From: Balanoglossus misakiensis
Lineage: Eukaryota; Animalia; Hemichordata
Direction: 5' to 3'
DNA length: 64,000 bases
Assembly: GCA_040954595.2 (NCBI GenBank)
Contig: CM082579.2
Coordinates: 15,910,550-15,974,549, forward strand
A program made the translations under genes and the position numbers. Positions 58,721 through 64,000 of this stretch are shown here, piece after piece. Under the pieces are notes generated by a model. The model did no database searches. It was not told where the DNA came from and worked only from the letters and a program-made list of their open reading frames with translations. How positions within the stretch are numbered: the first letter of the stretch is position 1; every line of letters starts with the position of its first letter.

Positions 58721-61700
58721 ATTTGGTCAAAATTGTAATTTTTTGAAAATTACAAAAAATACCTGTTTTCTACATTTTCGGAAATCTGATGGAGTATAGA
58801 ATGCTCTTCGTATGTATATATCGATACAAATTCCACAAAAGACCGTCTAATTTGGCTCACTGCAGACAAAATTGCGTTTTACCAAATTTTCCTTGAAAAT
58901 GTCATTTTTAGAAAAAAAAATAAAAAAACCTTTGTTTTTCGAATTTGGTGCCCTGATCATATATGACATGTTGATTATATGTTAAAACTTTCGACCACTC
59001 CAAAAATGCAGAGATATTGACGGAATTCAAGAAAAAATAGCCATTTTGGCCATATTTTGACAAAAATGGTAAATTTTTAAAAAATCATAAAAAATTAACT
59101 CTTTTCTTCATTTTCGGAAATATTATGGAGCATGAAGTGTCGTTCTCTTTTGAAAAGTGCTGCAAATTCCAGAAAACGCGGTATAATTTGAATCACCCAT
59201 GACAAAATTACCATTTTCGACTTTTTTTCGAAAAATTGTCTTTTTTACAAAATAAATAAGAATAAATTCTTTTCTTAGTTTCAAACGGGTAGAGATACTT
59301 TCCACACGGGTTTTCTTACATTGAATTCCCGTTCATCAACTCAGATTTCCTACAGCATAAGTCGGCTAAAACCCTGACACTCTAGAGCAGAAACAGTTGC
59401 ACACTGGTAACGTTGAACAAGTCGATTTTTCTACGGCCTGGCTCCGCTAAATGTCCGTCACAATATGACAGACACTAGCGTACGTTAGCAACGGTGATCA
59501 AGTCAGATTTTCTACGGCATGGCTTGGATAAAGCCCCGGCACTCTAGAGCAGAAAAACGCGTACAGAGACCACGTTGATCAAGTCTGATCTCCTACGGCT
59601 TGGCTCGACTAAAACCCCGGCACACTATGACAGACACTAGCGTTAGTAAGCAACGTTGATCAAGTCAGATTTCCTACGGCATGGCTTGGCTAAAGCCCTG
59701 GCACTATAGAGCAGAAACACGCGTACAGAGACCACGTTTATCTACTCACATTTCCTTCGGCCTGGCACGGCTGATGCCCCGGCACTATATATAGGACACA
59801 GACTGGCGTAAGTTAACAACGGTAATCACGTCGGGTTTCCTACGGCCTGGCTCAGCTGAAGCCCCGGCACTCTAGAGCAGAAACAGGCGTACATTGACCA
59901 CGTTGATCAAGTCAGATTTCCTACGGCGTGACTCGGCTGGTGCACCGGCTCTATATGACACAGACTGGCGTAAGTTATCAACGGTGATTACGTCGGATTT
60001 CCTACGGCCTGGTTTAGCTGAAGCCCCGGCACTTTAGAGCGGAAACACGCGTACATTGACCACGATGATCAATTCAGATCTCCTACGGCCTGGCTCGACT
60101 AAAACCCCGGCACACCATAACAGACACTAGCGTTCGTTAGCAACGGTGATCAAGTCTGATTTCCTTCGGCCTGGCTCTGCAAAAGACCCGACACTCTAGT
60201 ACAAAGACGTTGGCTAAGTCGGGCAAACCGAAGAGGGAAAGTCACAGCGGGTCAACACTCGACATTTGTTCGGGTAGGACTGCATTATTGCCTGTCAATT
60301 TATAGAGAATTTAACCAGGGCGTTTCAAACACCGACGTTAGTTGGGGGCACGGCCTGCAGTACTGCCGGGTAAGCTGACATCGGCGTACCGCATGTAATG
60401 TAGGGGGGGGGGGGGAACAGAACGGTTTAATACTACATTTATCAGATATCAGCTAATTTTGGACAATCATCTTAAATCTAATTCATTTTTTCATATTTGG
60501 ATATCTGATGATGTATGAAATTTCCATTATATGTAAAAATGGTGCTGATTATAAAAATGCACTCTGAATAAGCTGATTTAATACAAAATTGCGTTTTATT
60601 CGTTTTTGCACCAAAAAGGTCATTTTTAGGCAAAACATTCTTTATTTTTTTAATTCGGTGACCTGATCATATATAAACAATTGCTTGTATGTTAAAAGTT
60701 TTTATGACTTTTAAAAGCAGTGACACTGGCGGCATTCAACATGAAAATAACAATTTTAGCCTCAATTTGGTCAAAATGGTAAATTTTTGAAAATTACAAA
60801 ATAATACCTGTTTTCTACATTTTCGGAAATCTGATGGAGTATAGAATGCTCTTCGTATGTATATATCGATACAAATTCCAAAAAAAAAGACCGTCTAATT
60901 TGGCTCACTGCAGACAAAATTGCGTTTTACCAAATGTTCCTTGAAAATGTCATTTTTAGAAAAAAAACTAAAAAAAACTTTGTTCTTCGAATTTGGTGCC
61001 CTGATCATATATGACATGTTGATTGTATGTTAAAACTTTCGACCACTCCAAAAATGCAGATATATTGACGGAATTCAAGAAAAAAATAGCCATTTTGGCC
61101 ATATTTTGACAAAAATGGTAAATTTTTAAAAAATCATAAAAAAATAACTCTTTTCTTCATTTTCCGAAATATTATGGAGCATGAAGTGTCGTTCTCTTGT
61201 AAGAAGTGCAGCAAATTCCAGAAAAGGCGGTATAATTTGAATCACCCATGACAAAATTACCATTTTCGACTTTTTTTCGAAAAATTGTGATTTTTACAAA
61301 ATAAATAAGAATAAATTCTTTTCTTAGTTTCAAAAGGGTAGAGATACTTTCCACAAGGGTTTTCTAACATTGAATTCCCGTTCATCAACTCAGATTTCCT
61401 ACAGCATAAGTCGGCTAAAACCCTGACACTCTAGAGCAGAAACAGTTGCACACTGGTAACGTTGAACAAGTCGATTTTTCTATGGCCTGGCTCGGCTAAA
61501 TCTCCGTCACAATATGACAGACACTAGCGTACGTTAGCAACGGCGATCAAGTCAGATTTTCTACGGCATGGCTTGGATAAAGCCCCGGCACACTATGACA
61601 AACACTAGCGTTCGTTAGCAACGTTGATCAAGTCAGATTTCCTACGGCATGGCTTGGCTAAAGTCCTGGCACTCTAGAGCAGAAACACGCGTACAGAGAC

Positions 61701-64000
61701 CACGTTGATCTACTCACATTTCCTTCGGCCTGGCACGGCTGATACCCCGGCACTATATATAGGACACAGACTGGCGTAAGTTAACAACGGTAATCACGTC
61801 GGGTTTCCTACGGCCTGGCTCAGCTGAAGCCCCGGCACTCTAGAGCAGAAACAGGCGTACATTGACCACGTTGATCAAGTCAGATTTCCTACGGCGTGAC
61901 TCGGCTGGTGCACCGGCTCTATATGACACAGACTGGCGTAAGTTATCAACAGTGATTACGTCGGATTTCCTACGGCCTGGTTTAGCTGAAGCCCCGGCAC
62001 TTTAGAGCGGAAACACGCGTACATTGACCACGATGATCAAGTCAGATCTCCTACGGCCTGGCTCGACTAAAACCCCGGCACACCATGACAGACACTAGCG
62101 TTCGTTAGCAACGGTGATCAAGTCGGATTTCCTTCGGCCTGGCTCTGCAAAAGACCCGACACTCTAGTACAAAGACGTTGGCTAAGTCGGGCAAACCGAA
62201 GAGGGAAAGTCACAGCGGTTCAACACTTGACATTTGTTCGGGTAGGACTGCATTATTGCCTGTCAATTTATACAGAAAGCCCGAAATTAACCAGGGCGTT
62301 TCAAACACCGACGTTAGTTGGGGGCACGGCCTGCAGTACTGCCGGGTAAGCTGACATCGGCGTACCACATATAATGTAGGGGGGGGGGGAACAGAATGGT
62401 TCTATACTACATTTATTAGATATCAACTAATTTTGGACAATCATCTAAAATCTAAATCATTTTTTCATATTTGGATATCTGATGATGTATGAAATTTCCA
62501 TTATATGTAAAAATGGTGCTGATTATAAAAAATGCATTCTGATTCAATACAAAATTGCGTTTTATTCGTTTTTGCACCAAAAAGGTCATTTTTAGGCAAA
62601 ACATTCTTTATTTTTTTAATTCGGTGACCTGATCATATATAAACAATTGCTTGTATGTTAAAAGTTTTTATGACTTTTAAAAGCAGTGACACTGGCGGCA
62701 TTCAACACGAAAATAACAATTGTAGCCACAATTTGGTCAAAATGGTAAATTTTTGAAAATTACAAAAAATACCTGTTTTCTACATTTTCGGAAATCTGAT
62801 GGAGTATAGAATGCTTTTCGCATGTATATATCGATACAAATTCCACAAAAGACCGTCTAATTTGGCTCACTGCAGACAAAATTGCGTTTTACCAAATTTT
62901 CCTTGAAAATGTCATTTTTAGAAAAAAAATTAAAAAACCTTTGTTCTTCGAATTTGGTGCCCTGATCATATATGACATGTTGATTGTATGTTAAGACTTT
63001 CGACCACTCCAAAAATGCAGAGATATTGACGGAATTCAAGAAAAAATAGCCATTTTGGCCATATTTTGACAAAAATGGTAAATTTTTAAAAAATCATAAA
63101 AAATTAACTCTTTTCTTATTTTTTCGGAAATATTATGGAGCATGAAGTGTCGTTCTCTTGTAAAAAGTGCTGCAAATTCCAGAAAAGGCGGTAAAATTTA
63201 AATCACCCAAGACAAAATTACCATTTTCGACTTGTTTTCGAAAAATTGTCTTTTTTACAAAATAAATAAGAATAAATTCTTTTCTTAGTTTCAAACGGGT
63301 AGAGATACTTTCCACATGGGTTTTCTAACATTGAATTCCCGTTCATCAACTCAGATTTCCTACAGCATAAGTCGGCTAAAACCCTGACACTCTAGAGCAG
63401 AAACAGTTGCACACTGGTAACGTTGAACAAGTCGATTTTTCTACGGCCTGGCTCCGCTAAATGTCCGTCACAATATGACAGACACTAGCGTACGTTAGCA
63501 ACGGTGATCAAGTCAGATTTTCTACGGCATGGCTTGGATAAAGCCCCGGCACTCTAGAGCAGAAACACGCGTACAGAGACCACGTTTATTAAGTCTGATC
63601 TCCTACGGCTTGGCTCGACTAAAACCCCGGCACACTATGACAGACACTAGCGTTCGTTAGCAACGTTGATCAAGTCAGATTTCCTACGGCATGGCTTGGC
63701 TAAAGCCCTGGCACTCTAGAGCAGAAACACGCGTACATTGACCACGTTGATCAAGTCAGATTTCCTTCGGCCTGGCACGGCTGATGCCCCGGCACTATAT
63801 ATAGGACACAGACTGGCGTAAGTTAACAACGGTAATCACGTCGGGTTTCCTACGGCCTGGCTCAGCTGAAGCCCCGGCACTCTAGAGCAGAAACAGGCGT
63901 ACATTGACCACGTTGATCAAGTCAGATTTCCTACGGCGTGACTCGGCTGGTGCACCGGCTCTATATGACACAGACTGGCATAAGTTATCAACAGTGATTA
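58721..64000. repeat. Macrosatellite segment 6 (continues past the window end)
   Basis: Poly-G markers at ~60403 and ~62379. Confidence 0.97.

Noticed and set aside
120-63315. Recurrent 60-100 aa minus-strand ORFs (MSKYGQNGY..., MESISTRLKL..., MMNGNSML..., MNRSVPPPP...)
   Set aside because: They are translations of the satellite; frames break between copies at homopolymer indels, and no domain motifs are present.

Overview
Eukaryotic (probably invertebrate animal; inferred from element families and tRNA primers) heterochromatin-like window with no host genes. The backbone is a head-to-tail composite macrosatellite of about 21 monomers, typically ~2.05 kb (range ~1.56-2.53 kb). Each monomer has an AT-rich module of diverged ~330-bp subrepeats, a GC/CpG-rich array of ~81-bp subrepeats alternating as ~162-bp dimers, and a short tail ending in a poly-G tract. 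Five retroelement insertions interrupt it: (1) a full-length Gypsy LTR element (1300-9335) with an RRM+PNMA-like Gag and a 1-nt pol frameshift; (2) an intact single-ORF BEL/Pao element (11648-17728) with TA...CA LTRs; (3) a 5'-truncated L2/CR1-group LINE (36103-36760); (4) a coding-intact Ngaro-like tyrosine-recombinase retrotransposon on the minus strand (40694-45962); (5) a 5'-deleted second BEL/Pao element (57306-58720). The most unusual observations are two. The YR retroelement has no visible terminal repeats, and its joined ends rebuild an att-like dyad and a TATA box. The Gypsy LTR carries an apparent intron bounded by a 65-bp duplication, with a U1-mimic hairpin over the donor. All coordinates were read by eye and no searches were run.
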